Positions 18,234 through 27,662 of a stretch of 36,753 nucleotides of DNA are shown piece after piece. The notes below the pieces were generated by a model. That model was not told the DNA's origin. It searched no databases and worked only from the letters and a program-made list of their open reading frames with translations. The DNA is from a virus. Its lineage: Duplodnaviria; Caudoviricetes. The DNA is taken from IMG/VR virus record IMGVR_UViG_3300036785_000941, positions 1 to 36,753 of that record. One strand, written 5' to 3'. A program made the translations under genes and the position numbers. Every line of letters begins with the position of its first letter. Within the stretch, counting starts at the first letter, position 1.

Positions 18234-18390
18234 CAACGGTCGCGGTCCAGCCGCGGCTTTCGAATTCATCACGTAGTTCTTCGCGAGTCAGGCCGATCGC
18301 CCAACGCAGGATGGGCGCGGCTTCGGTGCACCGTTCGTTGTCCATCACCAGCCCGGCGGTGAACCGCCGCCCCTGCACCCTCACCAGCAT
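18187..18390 (-). CDS. small hypothetical phage protein, antisense to the late operon
   Basis: FTAGLV...CTEAAPILRWAIG...RGW reads like a real compact domain; fills the only gap before the sheath; AGGA RBS 8 nt upstream of the ATG. Confidence 0.65.
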   Translation of the reverse strand: MLVRVQGRRFTAGLVMDNERCTEAAPILRWAIGLTREELRDEFESRGWTATVVRAAAELPRPSRRVR

Positions 18391-18405
18391 CCAAGGAGTC
18401 CTGTC

Positions 18406-20859
18406 ATGCCGGGTCTTTCCGTATCCGATGTCGTCAACGTCCAGGTGAATATGTCACCACTGGCGGTGCCGCTGCGCAACTTCGGGGCGCAACTGTTTGC
18501 CGGTCCGTCTGACGTGATCGACGTCAGGGAACGGCTGCGCGAATACACCACCTTGGATCAGGTGGTTTCTGACTTCGGCACCAACGTGCCAGAGTATCTT
18601 GCGGCCGACCTGTTTTTCTCACAGCAGCCGCGGCCTTCGATCTGCTATATCGGGCGGTTTGCCCAGAGTGCCAGCCAAGCGGTGCTGCATGGGGCGATCT
18701 TCAGCACCGTACAGCAGGTTGCGCTAATCCAGCGGTTGCTTGCCGTGGTCAACGGGTCGATGCAGATCACCGTCGATGGTTCGGTCCGTACTGCCTCTGC
18801 GACCGCGGCCTATCTGAACGGCGGCACCTTCACTTCTGCCAATCAGGCCACGCTGCTGACAACGCTGAAGGGGATCACCGCTGGCGCGTTTTCGGACACC
18901 ATCGATGGGACGGTTCGGCAGATCAACCGGACTGCCGGTCTGATCAACGGCGGTGCCACCGCCACTGGTGCCCAGCCGGCGCTGCTGACGGCGTTGCAAG
19001 CAATCAGCAACGGCGGGTTCGCCATGACCATTGACGCTTCGCTGCGTCAGGTCGGGCCGATCAATTTCACCGGGGCATCCAGCCTGATGGCATGCGCCGC
19101 CCTGATCGACACCGCGTTGGGCACCTGGGCAAACTGCGCGTGGAATGGAACCACCGGGGTGTTCCAGGTTTCTTCGGCGACTTCCGGCGCAACATCGAGC
19201 GTGACCTATGCCAGCGCGCCGGCAACCGGGACGGATATTTCCGCCACTCTGAAGCTGACTGCGGCGACCGGCGCCACGGCGCCTGTGGCGGGTGCGGCGG
19301 CTGGCATCAATTTTTCTCAGATTATCGCGCTGGCTGATGCCGCCGCCTTGATTGATACATCCCTGGCCGGGTGGGGACATTGCACGTGGGACGCGGTGCT
19401 TGGCCGCTTCATCCTGACTTCAATCACGACTGGGGTTGCATCCACCATTACCTATGCCGGGCCGCCAACGGGGACGCCGATTGTCACCACGACGACTGCT
19501 TTGGTGGCATCTGGCGCCACGGTGATTCCGGTGACTTCGGCGACCGGCATGGTTGCCGGGATGCCGATTGCTGCCCCCACCGGCATCACCCCAGGCACGA
19601 CCATTGCTTCGATTGCCGGGCTGAATGTCACAATTTCTGCCGCAACCACCGCGTCCATTGCATCTGGTGCAACCATCACGGTCACCACCCCTGGGGTTGG
19701 AACCGATCTGTCTGCGCCTTTGCAGCTTACCCTTGCGACTGGCGCGTCGCTGCCGGTCAACGGTTCGACTGGCATGAACTTTTCGGGGATTACCAATCTG
19801 AATGGTGCGGCCTCGATCATCCAGGCGGCGCTGACCGGTGCAAACTGCGTATGGGACGGCAACAACTTCAATATCCACAGCCTGTCGACCGGCTCTACGT
19901 CAACGCTTTCCTATGCTAGCCCGGCCGGCACCGGTACCGATATTTCTGGGATGGTTGGGCTTTCCCAGATCAGCGGTGCGTCCCCGCCGGTCAACGGAAT
20001 TCCCGCAGAAACGGCCTTGCAGTGCGTTGCCGCTCTGCGCGCGCACCCAGAGTGGTATGGCTTCCAGTTCGCTCTGACCAACGACATCGCGCTGTCAGAT
20101 TACACCGCGGTGGCGCAGTTCATTGAGGGGTGCAGCCCGCCTTCGATCTTTGGCTACACCACAATGGACACCAGCGTGCTTGATCCCACCGTGACGACCG
20201 ACATCGCGTCCACGATGCGCAACCTCACGCTGGAACGCACCTATGGCCAGTACAGCAGCAGCAGTCCCTATGCTTCCGCTTCGATGGTAGCGCGCGCGTT
20301 CATCGTGGACTTCGAAGCGAACAACACAACGATCACCTTGAAGTTCAAGCAAGAGCCTGGGGTGGCGGGCGAACAGTTGACCGAGACGCAGGCGGCCACA
20401 CTCAAGGCCAAGCGTTGCAACGTGTTCGTCTACTACAGCAACGATGCGGCGATCATCCAGGAAGGCGTCATGGCCAATGGGTTTTTCTTTGACGAAATCC
20501 ATGGCACCGACTGGCAGGCCAACCGCATCCAGACCGACCTTTTCAACGTCTTGTATCAGGCGCCGAACAAGATTCCGCAGACCAATCCTGGCGTGCATAT
20601 CCTGGTCACCACGGTCGAGAACGCTCTCAACCAAGGTGTGGTCAACGGGCTGATCGCGCCCGGTCAGTGGAATGCGCCGGGCTTTGGCCAGCTTGCCTTC
20701 GGGCAGATGCTGCCAAAGGGGTACTACGTCTGGGCGCCGCTCTTGGAAAGCCAGCCGCAATCGATCCGTGAGCAACGCATTGCGCCAACCATCCAGGCAG
20801 CAATCAAGATGGCCGGTGCGGTCCACTTTGCGAACGTGATCGTCAACGTCAACCGCTGA
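18406..20859 (+). CDS. contractile tail sheath (DUF3383 family), enlarged
   Basis: PEYLAADLFFSQQPRP, TITLKFKQEPGV, FFDEIHGTDW, KIPQT, AGAVH; AAGGAG RBS. Confidence 0.92.
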   Translation: MPGLSVSDVVNVQVNMSPLAVPLRNFGAQLFAGPSDVIDVRERLREYTTLDQVVSDFGTNVPEYLAADLFFSQQPRPSICYIGRFAQSASQAVLHGAIFSTVQQVALIQRLLAVVNGSMQITVDGSVRTASATAAYLNGGTFTSANQATLLTTLKGITAGAFSDTIDGTVRQINRTAGLINGGATATGAQPALLTALQAISNGGFAMTIDASLRQVGPINFTGASSLMACAALIDTALGTWANCAWNGTTGVFQVSSATSGATSSVTYASAPATGTDISATLKLTAATGATAPVAGAAAGINFSQIIALADAAALIDTSLAGWGHCTWDAVLGRFILTSITTGVASTITYAGPPTGTPIVTTTTALVASGATVIPVTSATGMVAGMPIAAPTGITPGTTIASIAGLNVTISAATTASIASGATITVTTPGVGTDLSAPLQLTLATGASLPVNGSTGMNFSGITNLNGAASIIQAALTGANCVWDGNNFNIHSLSTGSTSTLSYASPAGTGTDISGMVGLSQISGASPPVNGIPAETALQCVAALRAHPEWYGFQFALTNDIALSDYTAVAQFIEGCSPPSIFGYTTMDTSVLDPTVTTDIASTMRNLTLERTYGQYSSSSPYASASMVARAFIVDFEANNTTITLKFKQEPGVAGEQLTETQAATLKAKRCNVFVYYSNDAAIIQEGVMANGFFFDEIHGTDWQANRIQTDLFNVLYQAPNKIPQTNPGVHILVTTVENALNQGVVNGLIAPGQWNAPGFGQLAFGQMLPKGYYVWAPLLESQPQSIREQRIAPTIQAAIKMAGAVHFANVIVNVNR

Positions 20860-20892
20860 TCCAACAGCCTAATAGGAAAGGGTGCGTAGGCA

Positions 20893-21351
20893 ATGGCAAC
20901 CTACTCGTTCATAGACGTCGCTGCGACCATTGTGGGGCCGGGCGGCAGCTTCAGCCTTGGATACGGTTCTGGCAATGCCGAAGAAGGCATTTCGGTGGCC
21001 ATGACCGAAGATAAAAATACGATGACCATCGGCGCGGATGGATCGGTCATGCACAGCCTGCACGCTGGCAATGGCGGCACCGTCACGTTGCGGTTCTTGA
21101 AGACCTCACCGACCAATCAGCAGTTGGCGGTAATGTATGACCTGCAACGGGTTTCCTCTGCGTTGTGGGGACAGAACACCATCGTGATCAGCGATCCCGC
21201 GCGCGGCGATCAGATCAGTTGCCGGCAGGTAGCATTCCAACGCTGGCCCAATGTGAACTATGCGAAAGACGGCGGGATGCAGGAATGGGCTTTCCATTGC
21301 GGCAGCATCGACGGCGTCCTTGGTGACGGCACGGCCGGCGTGGGGGGATAA
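20893..21351 (+). CDS. tail tube protein (DUF3277 family)
   Basis: TYSFIDV, AEEGI, MTIGADG, LKTSPTN, W-x-F. Confidence 0.9.
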   Translation: MATYSFIDVAATIVGPGGSFSLGYGSGNAEEGISVAMTEDKNTMTIGADGSVMHSLHAGNGGTVTLRFLKTSPTNQQLAVMYDLQRVSSALWGQNTIVISDPARGDQISCRQVAFQRWPNVNYAKDGGMQEWAFHCGSIDGVLGDGTAGVGG

Positions 21352-21354
21352 CCC

Positions 21355-21840
21355 ATGATCGAGTTCCAGGTCGGTGAAAACCGCTATCGGGCGCGGCGGA
21401 TGAATGCGCGTCAGCAGTTCCATGTCAGCCGCCGGCTGGGACCGCTGTTCGGGCAACTGCTGACGCTGGCGCCACAGTTGGCTCAGATCACCCCGGACGC
21501 ACTGAGCGATCAGGATACCGCGAAGCAATTTGAAGGCGCGCTGGAAGCCTTCGCGGTGGCTCTGGCGCGCATACCTGACGCCGAGTGCGACTACGTGCTG
21601 GACCGCTGCATGGAAGTCACCCAGAGGCAGCAAGGCAACGGTCAGGGGCCGGTGTGGTCTGACATCTGGAACCCGCGCGCCAATCGCCTGATGTTCGATG
21701 ACATTGACATGCCCGCAATGATGCAGATTGCGTCAGAGGTTTTGCGGGACAACCTGTCCGGTTTTTTTTCTACGTTACCGGCGTCGAGCGAGCCGGCAAT
21801 CAATCAAACGGCGCCGGTTCCCTTGGGTTCGATATCGTAA
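21355..21840 (+). CDS. tail assembly chaperone (gpG equivalent)
   Basis: Follows the tube; QFHVSRRL, LMFDDIDM, DNLSGFF. Confidence 0.85.
   Translation: MIEFQVGENRYRARRMNARQQFHVSRRLGPLFGQLLTLAPQLAQITPDALSDQDTAKQFEGALEAFAVALARIPDAECDYVLDRCMEVTQRQQGNGQGPVWSDIWNPRANRLMFDDIDMPAMMQIASEVLRDNLSGFFSTLPASSEPAINQTAPVPLGSIS
21762..21768 (+). other. -1 programmed ribosomal frameshift site (T TTT TTT)
   Basis: GGT TTT TTT TCT in the chaperone frame; the -1 frame stays open to 22019. Confidence 0.8.
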
Positions 21841-22019
21841 GCCTGCCGGACGGCGAAGACTTCCTGATGCGCCCTGTACTGCGTGGTGTGTATCGGATGG
21901 AATCGCTTCTGGACGGCACGCTGGAACTTGAACACGTGGCGCTGGCCAACGATGCCTTGGACGCCCAGGACGAAAACGAGCGGCGCTTGCGCCGTGTTCA
22001 AGAGCAAAGGCCAGCGTGA
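21768..22019 (+). CDS. frameshift extension of the tail chaperone (gpGT equivalent, DUF6889-like); not in ORF track
   Basis: -1 frame reads FYVTGVER...SLPDGEDFLMRPVLRGVYRMESLLDGTLELEHVALANDALDAQDEN...; its stop overlaps the next start. Confidence 0.8.
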   Translation, partial: FYVTGVERAGNQSNGAGSLGFDIVSLPDGEDFLMRPVLRGVYRMESLLDGTLELEHVALANDALDAQDENERRLRRVQEQRPA

Positions 22020-23326
22020 TGGCCACTGCACCGATTAATATCAGCGACACGCTTGCTGTTGATCCCAATATTCCAACCGTCACTATCCACCCGACACCGG
22101 CTCAGATTGCCCAGGCGCGCACCGGCACCACCACGGCCAAACCAACAGGCAGCGCGGCCGGGGCAGGACCACCCGGCGGACCACCCGGCGGTCCAGGGAC
22201 AGGTGATACTGGCGCGCCGGCAGACGCGCCGGCACCGCAACCGGATGTCACGGGAACCCACGTCTTTTGGCTGCGCAAATGGTCGTTGACGCTAAGTAGC
22301 GCCAACACCTTCCAGGCCAGCCAACCGATCCCCGGCGAACACGACCCAACCGGTGGCGCACCTACTGCGCGCAGAGCGGTTGGCGACACCAGTGAAGTGG
22401 TGGTGACCGCGAAGCGCGATCCGCCGCCAACAACCGGCGGCATCCAGGACGGCCAGACGGTCGATCTAAGCGATTTCCACATCATCTTTGAAATCACCAA
22501 GACGGCGTTCCAGACGCCCTGGAAGCTGACCGCGCGCGTCTACAATCCCGGCCGCGAACTGATGGGCAAGATCGATAGGCAGTTCATCCAGGTGCGGTTG
22601 TCCGCTGGCTACCAGCACGGTCCGTACGGCGAAATCTTCAATGGTGTTGTTGCCTACTTCGAAAAGGGCCGGGACAGCGGCACCGATACCTTGCTGACGA
22701 TCTACGCGAACGAAGCCGACAAGAGCATCAATCAAACCGTGGTCAACAAGAACTTGCCGGCGGGCAGCACGGACCTGGATGTGGTCAAGGCGTGCGTTGC
22801 GGAAATGAAGGACGACAAGATCGTCCTGGGGCAGATGTCCGACCTGTCCACTGGCAAATCACCGCGGTCGCGGGCGCTGTTTGGGATGACACGTGACGTG
22901 CTGCGCGACGTGGCACTGAGCAACAACGCCAACGTGTCCGTGGACAACGGCAAGCTGAACATGATTGCCCAGGGTGACGTGCTGAAGGTGCCGGCGATTG
23001 TGCTGAACCATACCACCGGCATGATCGACATTCCGCATTTGTCCCTGGAAGGTGGCTTGCGCGTGCGCAGCCTGCTGAACCCCGACCTGAAGCCGAACGG
23101 ATCGATCCGCGTCAATCAGCGCGACGTCTTCCAGATCACCGAGGTGAAGCCGGGCATGGATCAGTCGCAAGCTGAGCAGCTACAGAACCGAACCCGGATT
23201 GCCGGGGATGGCGGATACAAGATTTTGTCGGTGACTCACCGCGGGGACAACCGCGGCAACGAATGGTACACTGACATTCAGTCAATGCCGCTTGATCCTG
23301 ACAAGATACCGATCGGCCCGCACTGA
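22019..23326 (+). CDS. baseplate hub protein with Pro/Gly-rich N-terminal extension
   Basis: WLRKWSL, DLSDFHIIF, VYNP, LSAGY, TGMIDIP, LLNP, GDNRGNEWY; start 22016 GTG or 22019 ATG. Confidence 0.8.
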   Translation: MATAPINISDTLAVDPNIPTVTIHPTPAQIAQARTGTTTAKPTGSAAGAGPPGGPPGGPGTGDTGAPADAPAPQPDVTGTHVFWLRKWSLTLSSANTFQASQPIPGEHDPTGGAPTARRAVGDTSEVVVTAKRDPPPTTGGIQDGQTVDLSDFHIIFEITKTAFQTPWKLTARVYNPGRELMGKIDRQFIQVRLSAGYQHGPYGEIFNGVVAYFEKGRDSGTDTLLTIYANEADKSINQTVVNKNLPAGSTDLDVVKACVAEMKDDKIVLGQMSDLSTGKSPRSRALFGMTRDVLRDVALSNNANVSVDNGKLNMIAQGDVLKVPAIVLNHTTGMIDIPHLSLEGGLRVRSLLNPDLKPNGSIRVNQRDVFQITEVKPGMDQSQAEQLQNRTRIAGDGGYKILSVTHRGDNRGNEWYTDIQSMPLDPDKIPIGPH

Positions 23327-25611
23327 TGGCCGACGTCCTTCAAGAATTCCTGGTAAGCGTCAAATATGCCGTAGACGCTGCCAGCCAGCGCAACTTCCTG
23401 GATATGGTGAAGCGGGTCACCACGTCGGTGGGTGGCCTGACCGCGATTGCCGGCGCCGCCGCCACGGGCTTCGTTGCCATGGCTCATGCGATGGCCGAAA
23501 CCGGCGAGAAACTCTACTTCATGTCCATGCGCATGAACGAGGCGGCCGGCAATATCCAGGCGGCCACCTACGCCATGACCCAGTTCGGCATGTCCACCGG
23601 GGAAGCGGTGGCGCAACTGGAAGCGTTCGGCAGCTTTGAGCGTAGCAAAGGGCCGGCCGCGACCGCGTGGCTGCAATTCCTGGGGGTGACGGCCACCACC
23701 ACCAGGGAACGATTGGAACAACTGGGGCCTGCCCTGGCAGCGATGGGCGGGACGGCCGGACAACAGGGCACTCTGGGGTATTCGCTGGCGTTGCGGGCAG
23801 CCGCCAAGATGGGGCTGAACGAGACCGCAATGCTCGATCTGGCTTCCGGCGAATGGGCGCGCCGGGCGGCAGAGTATGATCGCATCTTGGCGAAGGCTGG
23901 CGTCAGCATGGACGCCTATGCCAAGCACAGCCATGACCTGATGGTATCGTTCCGTCAGTTGGGCATGATCTTTGACGTGCTCTGGACCGCGTTTGCCGAC
24001 CGACTACTGACCGGGCTGAACGTCGATCTGAAACAGCTATTTGATATGTTTCAGGCCGACCTTCCTTCAATCGTCAAGTGGGTGCGCTTCTTTGCCGATG
24101 CCCTGGTGTTTCTGGCGCACAGCGTCACTTCGATCATCATTGGTATCAACGACCTGTTCGGGCTGATCAACCACCTGCCCAATTCGCTGAAACTGGTCGC
24201 TGCCGCGTTCGCGGTGTTCAACACCTTCCTGGTGCGCAGCCCGATATTTTGGTTCATTGCCGGCATCACTGCGCTGCTGCTGTTGCTGGACGACTTCCAG
24301 ACCTTCATGCGCGGCGGCGAGTCCACAATCGATTGGTCGTGGGCCAAAGGCATTCACCGGTTCATGCAGGAAACGCTGGGGCTGAAGGGCGGCTTCGGCG
24401 ACCTGATCCTGATCGCGATTGCCCTGCTTACCTTCTTCAATCCCCTGGTGCGGGTGTTCAGTCTGGTCGCGCGGGGCCTGGGGCTGTTGCCAGGGGCTGC
24501 GCCGGCCGCGGCGGGTGCGCTCACCACGGTGGGTCGGGCGGCCGGTTGGGCATTGCGCGCGGTCGGCGGGCTACGCCTTGGCCTTGGCTATCTGTTGGCT
24601 GCCATGGCGGCGTTCGAACTTGGCAAGGAAGCGCACAACTTCGCTTCGTGGGTGGCCAAGCAAATCTGGGGCGAAAACGCGGACGGTGGCCCTGAGCACA
24701 AGCCGTACACGGTGGGGGATGCGCTGAGCGGCAAGCCGGCGCCAGTGGATGTTGCCACAGGTGGCCCAGGCGGCGCCCCAGTTGGCGCTACGCTGGGCGG
24801 GGCGGTTGGGGCAGGGGTACTAGGCGGCTCTGCGGCGGTGCACCTTCCAGCCGCCCCTGCGCCCGCCCCCGCGCCGGCTGCCAGGGCTTCCCCGGTGGGG
24901 AATGCAATCAGGACGGGGTTGGGCATCAGTCCGGCAGCGGCGGCTGAACCGATGGAACCGGGCGATCAGTCCGCCCCCCGCAATATCCGCAACTTCAATC
25001 CGGGCAATGTCAGCTTCATTGGGCAAGAAGGTGCGGTTCCTGAGCCGGGATCAGGACGCTTTGCCCGCTTCCCGAACATGGTGGCTGGCGTGGCCGCGAT
25101 GGTCAATCAGATCAGGATCGACTACTTCAAGCACAATCAGCGCACCCTGACCGATCTGATCGCTGGTGCGATTAACCCGGCCACTGGCCAACGTGAACAC
25201 GGCTGGGCGCCGGCATTTGAAAACAATACGCCCGGTTATATTGCCTCACTGGCGCGTCAAATCGGAATTGATCCCGACGCACCGTTCGATCCCAATGATC
25301 CTGCCTTGCTGGCAAGGCTTGGCACGGCGATCACCCAGGTCGAGGCTGGCAAGAAGAACATGATTTCACCGGAAGTGATGGCGGCCGGGGTGCAGCGGGC
25401 GCTGGGTGGCCGGCCTTTGCTGCCGGCCGGCGCCGCGGGCGGTGGTGGTGGCGGTGGTGCTACGCAAGCCGGCGACACCAACATCAACCACACCGTCAAT
25501 GTCACTGTGCCGGCCGGACCGACTGCCGGGGCCACCGCCAATGCCGTGGCCAGCGCGGTGAAGCGGGAAAACGAAAACCTTGTTCGGGATAGTCGGGGAA
25601 GCTTGCGATGA
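23326..25611 (+). CDS. tape measure protein with C-terminal lysozyme-like domain
   Basis: VLQEFLVS start, Ala-rich helices and hydrophobic segments; RNFNPGNV...FARF...WAPAFENNTPGY muramidase-like motif. Confidence 0.85.
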   Translation: MADVLQEFLVSVKYAVDAASQRNFLDMVKRVTTSVGGLTAIAGAAATGFVAMAHAMAETGEKLYFMSMRMNEAAGNIQAATYAMTQFGMSTGEAVAQLEAFGSFERSKGPAATAWLQFLGVTATTTRERLEQLGPALAAMGGTAGQQGTLGYSLALRAAAKMGLNETAMLDLASGEWARRAAEYDRILAKAGVSMDAYAKHSHDLMVSFRQLGMIFDVLWTAFADRLLTGLNVDLKQLFDMFQADLPSIVKWVRFFADALVFLAHSVTSIIIGINDLFGLINHLPNSLKLVAAAFAVFNTFLVRSPIFWFIAGITALLLLLDDFQTFMRGGESTIDWSWAKGIHRFMQETLGLKGGFGDLILIAIALLTFFNPLVRVFSLVARGLGLLPGAAPAAAGALTTVGRAAGWALRAVGGLRLGLGYLLAAMAAFELGKEAHNFASWVAKQIWGENADGGPEHKPYTVGDALSGKPAPVDVATGGPGGAPVGATLGGAVGAGVLGGSAAVHLPAAPAPAPAPAARASPVGNAIRTGLGISPAAAAEPMEPGDQSAPRNIRNFNPGNVSFIGQEGAVPEPGSGRFARFPNMVAGVAAMVNQIRIDYFKHNQRTLTDLIAGAINPATGQREHGWAPAFENNTPGYIASLARQIGIDPDAPFDPNDPALLARLGTAITQVEAGKKNMISPEVMAAGVQRALGGRPLLPAGAAGGGGGGGATQAGDTNINHTVNVTVPAGPTAGATANAVASAVKRENENLVRDSRGSLR

Positions 25612-26312
25612 GTGGTCTGCTTTCGGCTGGCAGTCAGCTATTTTCCATTGGCGGGCAGGCGCTGCAAGCCACCGGACTGATGCCGGCGTTCATCCGGGCG
25701 CCCAGATCGCTGGGCAGTATCATTCCCGACGTCACCATTGAAGAACACCACACGGACCGGATGGAAATAACCCAGCATCCGGTGGCCAATGGCACCCCGA
25801 TTTCGGATCACGCCTTCCGGCTGCCCTGTCAGGTCACCATGCGGCTGGGTTGGACCAACAGTAACCCGATCGGTGCGATCACTTCAGGCGCGATTGGCGG
25901 CTTCGCCGAAGGCGGCATCGGCGGCGCTCTTGGGGGTGCTGCGCAGGGGGCCTTTTCGTCCTTCACCGAGCAGCGGGTGCGCGACGTCTACCAGACCTTG
26001 CAGGACTTGCAGACCGGCAAAGGCGGCAAGAACCCTGAGCCGTTCGCCTTGACCACTGGCAAACGCAACTACGATTCCATGCTGATTGCGGAATTGAGCG
26101 TGAGCACTGATCGGCATACCGAATACAGCTTGATGGTCGAAGCGCGGATGCAGGAAGTGATCATCGTGAAGCCGGTCACCACCAACCAACCGGCGCAGAG
26201 CGATCAGGCGCAGCCGCAGAAGACCGCTGAGCCGTCTGACACCGGACCGAAGCAGCCTGACCGGTCATTTCTTACCAGCTTGAAAAACACCTTCTTTGGC
26301 GGCCACCCTTGA
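25608..26312 (+). CDS. baseplate tube-initiator / Dit-like protein
   Basis: PDVTIEEHH, ITQHPV...ISDHA, TGKRNYDSML. Confidence 0.82.
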   Translation: MSGLLSAGSQLFSIGGQALQATGLMPAFIRAPRSLGSIIPDVTIEEHHTDRMEITQHPVANGTPISDHAFRLPCQVTMRLGWTNSNPIGAITSGAIGGFAEGGIGGALGGAAQGAFSSFTEQRVRDVYQTLQDLQTGKGGKNPEPFALTTGKRNYDSMLIAELSVSTDRHTEYSLMVEARMQEVIIVKPVTTNQPAQSDQAQPQKTAEPSDTGPKQPDRSFLTSLKNTFFGGHP

Positions 26313-26626
26313 CCACAATTTATGAAATCCCGCTGAGCGGCACACCGCAGCAATTTAGCATCCCGCTGGGCGTCAGCCAGTATTATATGCGGTTCATTTA
26401 CCGCGACGCGGCCATGGGCGGGTGGTGCCTGGACATTTACGACGATCAGTTCAACCCGCTGATCTGCGGCATGGCCTTGGTGACCGGAACCGATCTGTTG
26501 GCGCAGTACGCCTATCTGAACATTCCCGGCCAGCTTTGGGTGCAGTCTGATGGCGACCCGATAGCGGTGCCCACCTTCGACAACCTGGGCACGCGCAGCC
26601 ACGTTTACTGGGTGACCGAACCATGA
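26309..26626 (+). CDS. small baseplate (plug-type) protein
   Basis: TTGA overlap; EIPL...PQQF, WCLDI, LVTGTDLLAQY, PTFDNLG. Confidence 0.8.
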   Translation: MTTIYEIPLSGTPQQFSIPLGVSQYYMRFIYRDAAMGGWCLDIYDDQFNPLICGMALVTGTDLLAQYAYLNIPGQLWVQSDGDPIAVPTFDNLGTRSHVYWVTEP

Positions 26627-27510
26627 CAACCCAATTTGACCCACGCCAGCGTCACGCCGATTACCTGGAAACGGTACAGACGCATCAGGACGGGCGTGAG
26701 GCGCAAATCCATACCGCGATGCCGGCCACCGTGGTGGGCTACAATCCGGGCACTAACACAGTCCAGGTGCAGCCTGCGATCCAGGCGGTGCAGACCATGG
26801 CGGACGGCACCACCAAGCCGGTGACGATCACCGAACTGCACGACGTGCCGGTGGTCTTCCAGGGCGGCGGCGGCCATGTCCTGACCTTCCCGGTTGGCAA
26901 GGGCGACGACTGTCTGGTGGTGTTCGCCGAACGGTCAATCGATTACTGGCATCAGTTGGGGGGAACACAGAAGCCCAGCGACTGGCGTATGCACGACATC
27001 AATGACGGGTTTGCCTTCGTGGGGGTGCGCAGTACGCCACACGTGCCCGGCGGCGGGGCTGGTAGCACCAAGAATCCGGGGCCTGCCATCAGCACCAAGA
27101 CAACTCAGTTGCGCAGTGACGATGGCAAGATGATCATCGAACTGGACCCGGCCGGACCCACCATCAACATTGCCGCGGCAAAGGACGTTAACGTGTCCGG
27201 CGTGCATTGGGTGGTGCTGTCCGCAAACGATACGGTTTTCATCCAGGCGCCGAACTTCGTGGATATAACGGCGCCAACCACCACCATCCATGGCGACCTG
27301 CATGTCACGGGTGAAGTGATCGGCAAGTTCGGCGGCAACGCGGTCACCCTGACCCAGCACATCCACCACGCACTTAATCAGCCGCCCGCGATAGGAACGC
27401 GCGCGATTGAACCGGCGGTGATCACTGGCAGCAATGGTGGCATCGCGGCGCTGAAGACGCTTCTGCAAGCATTGGAAACCATGGGGCTGATCGTGGACAA
27501 GAGCACATGA
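26623..27510 (+). CDS. central baseplate spike (Gp138-like)
   Basis: HTAMPA, DVPVVF, GDDCLVVFAERSIDYW, RMHDINDGF, and HIH metal-binding motif. Confidence 0.9.
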   Translation: MTTQFDPRQRHADYLETVQTHQDGREAQIHTAMPATVVGYNPGTNTVQVQPAIQAVQTMADGTTKPVTITELHDVPVVFQGGGGHVLTFPVGKGDDCLVVFAERSIDYWHQLGGTQKPSDWRMHDINDGFAFVGVRSTPHVPGGGAGSTKNPGPAISTKTTQLRSDDGKMIIELDPAGPTINIAAAKDVNVSGVHWVVLSANDTVFIQAPNFVDITAPTTTIHGDLHVTGEVIGKFGGNAVTLTQHIHHALNQPPAIGTRAIEPAVITGSNGGIAALKTLLQALETMGLIVDKST

Positions 27511-27662
27511 GCGAGTCGAAGGACGAGGACGAATGGCGCGCCGACGTTGCCGCCGCGCTGATCCGCATCGAGACTTTGTTGGGACACACAGCCGACATGG
27601 TAAAACAGCTAGTCGATCAGCAGAACCTGCCTGAGAAGCCAGAACGCGGGCTGGGCCACTGA
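27507..27662 (+). CDS. 51-aa hypothetical protein (below ORF-track cutoff)
   Basis: ATGA overlap upstream and TGATG overlap downstream; MSESKDEDEWRADVAAALIRIETLL... Confidence 0.65.
   Translation: MSESKDEDEWRADVAAALIRIETLLGHTADMVKQLVDQQNLPEKPERGLGH

Noticed and set aside
21762-21769. Homopolymer sequencing error creating a pseudogene
   Set aside because: Position and frame match the well-known chaperone -1 frameshift; read-level check still advisable.
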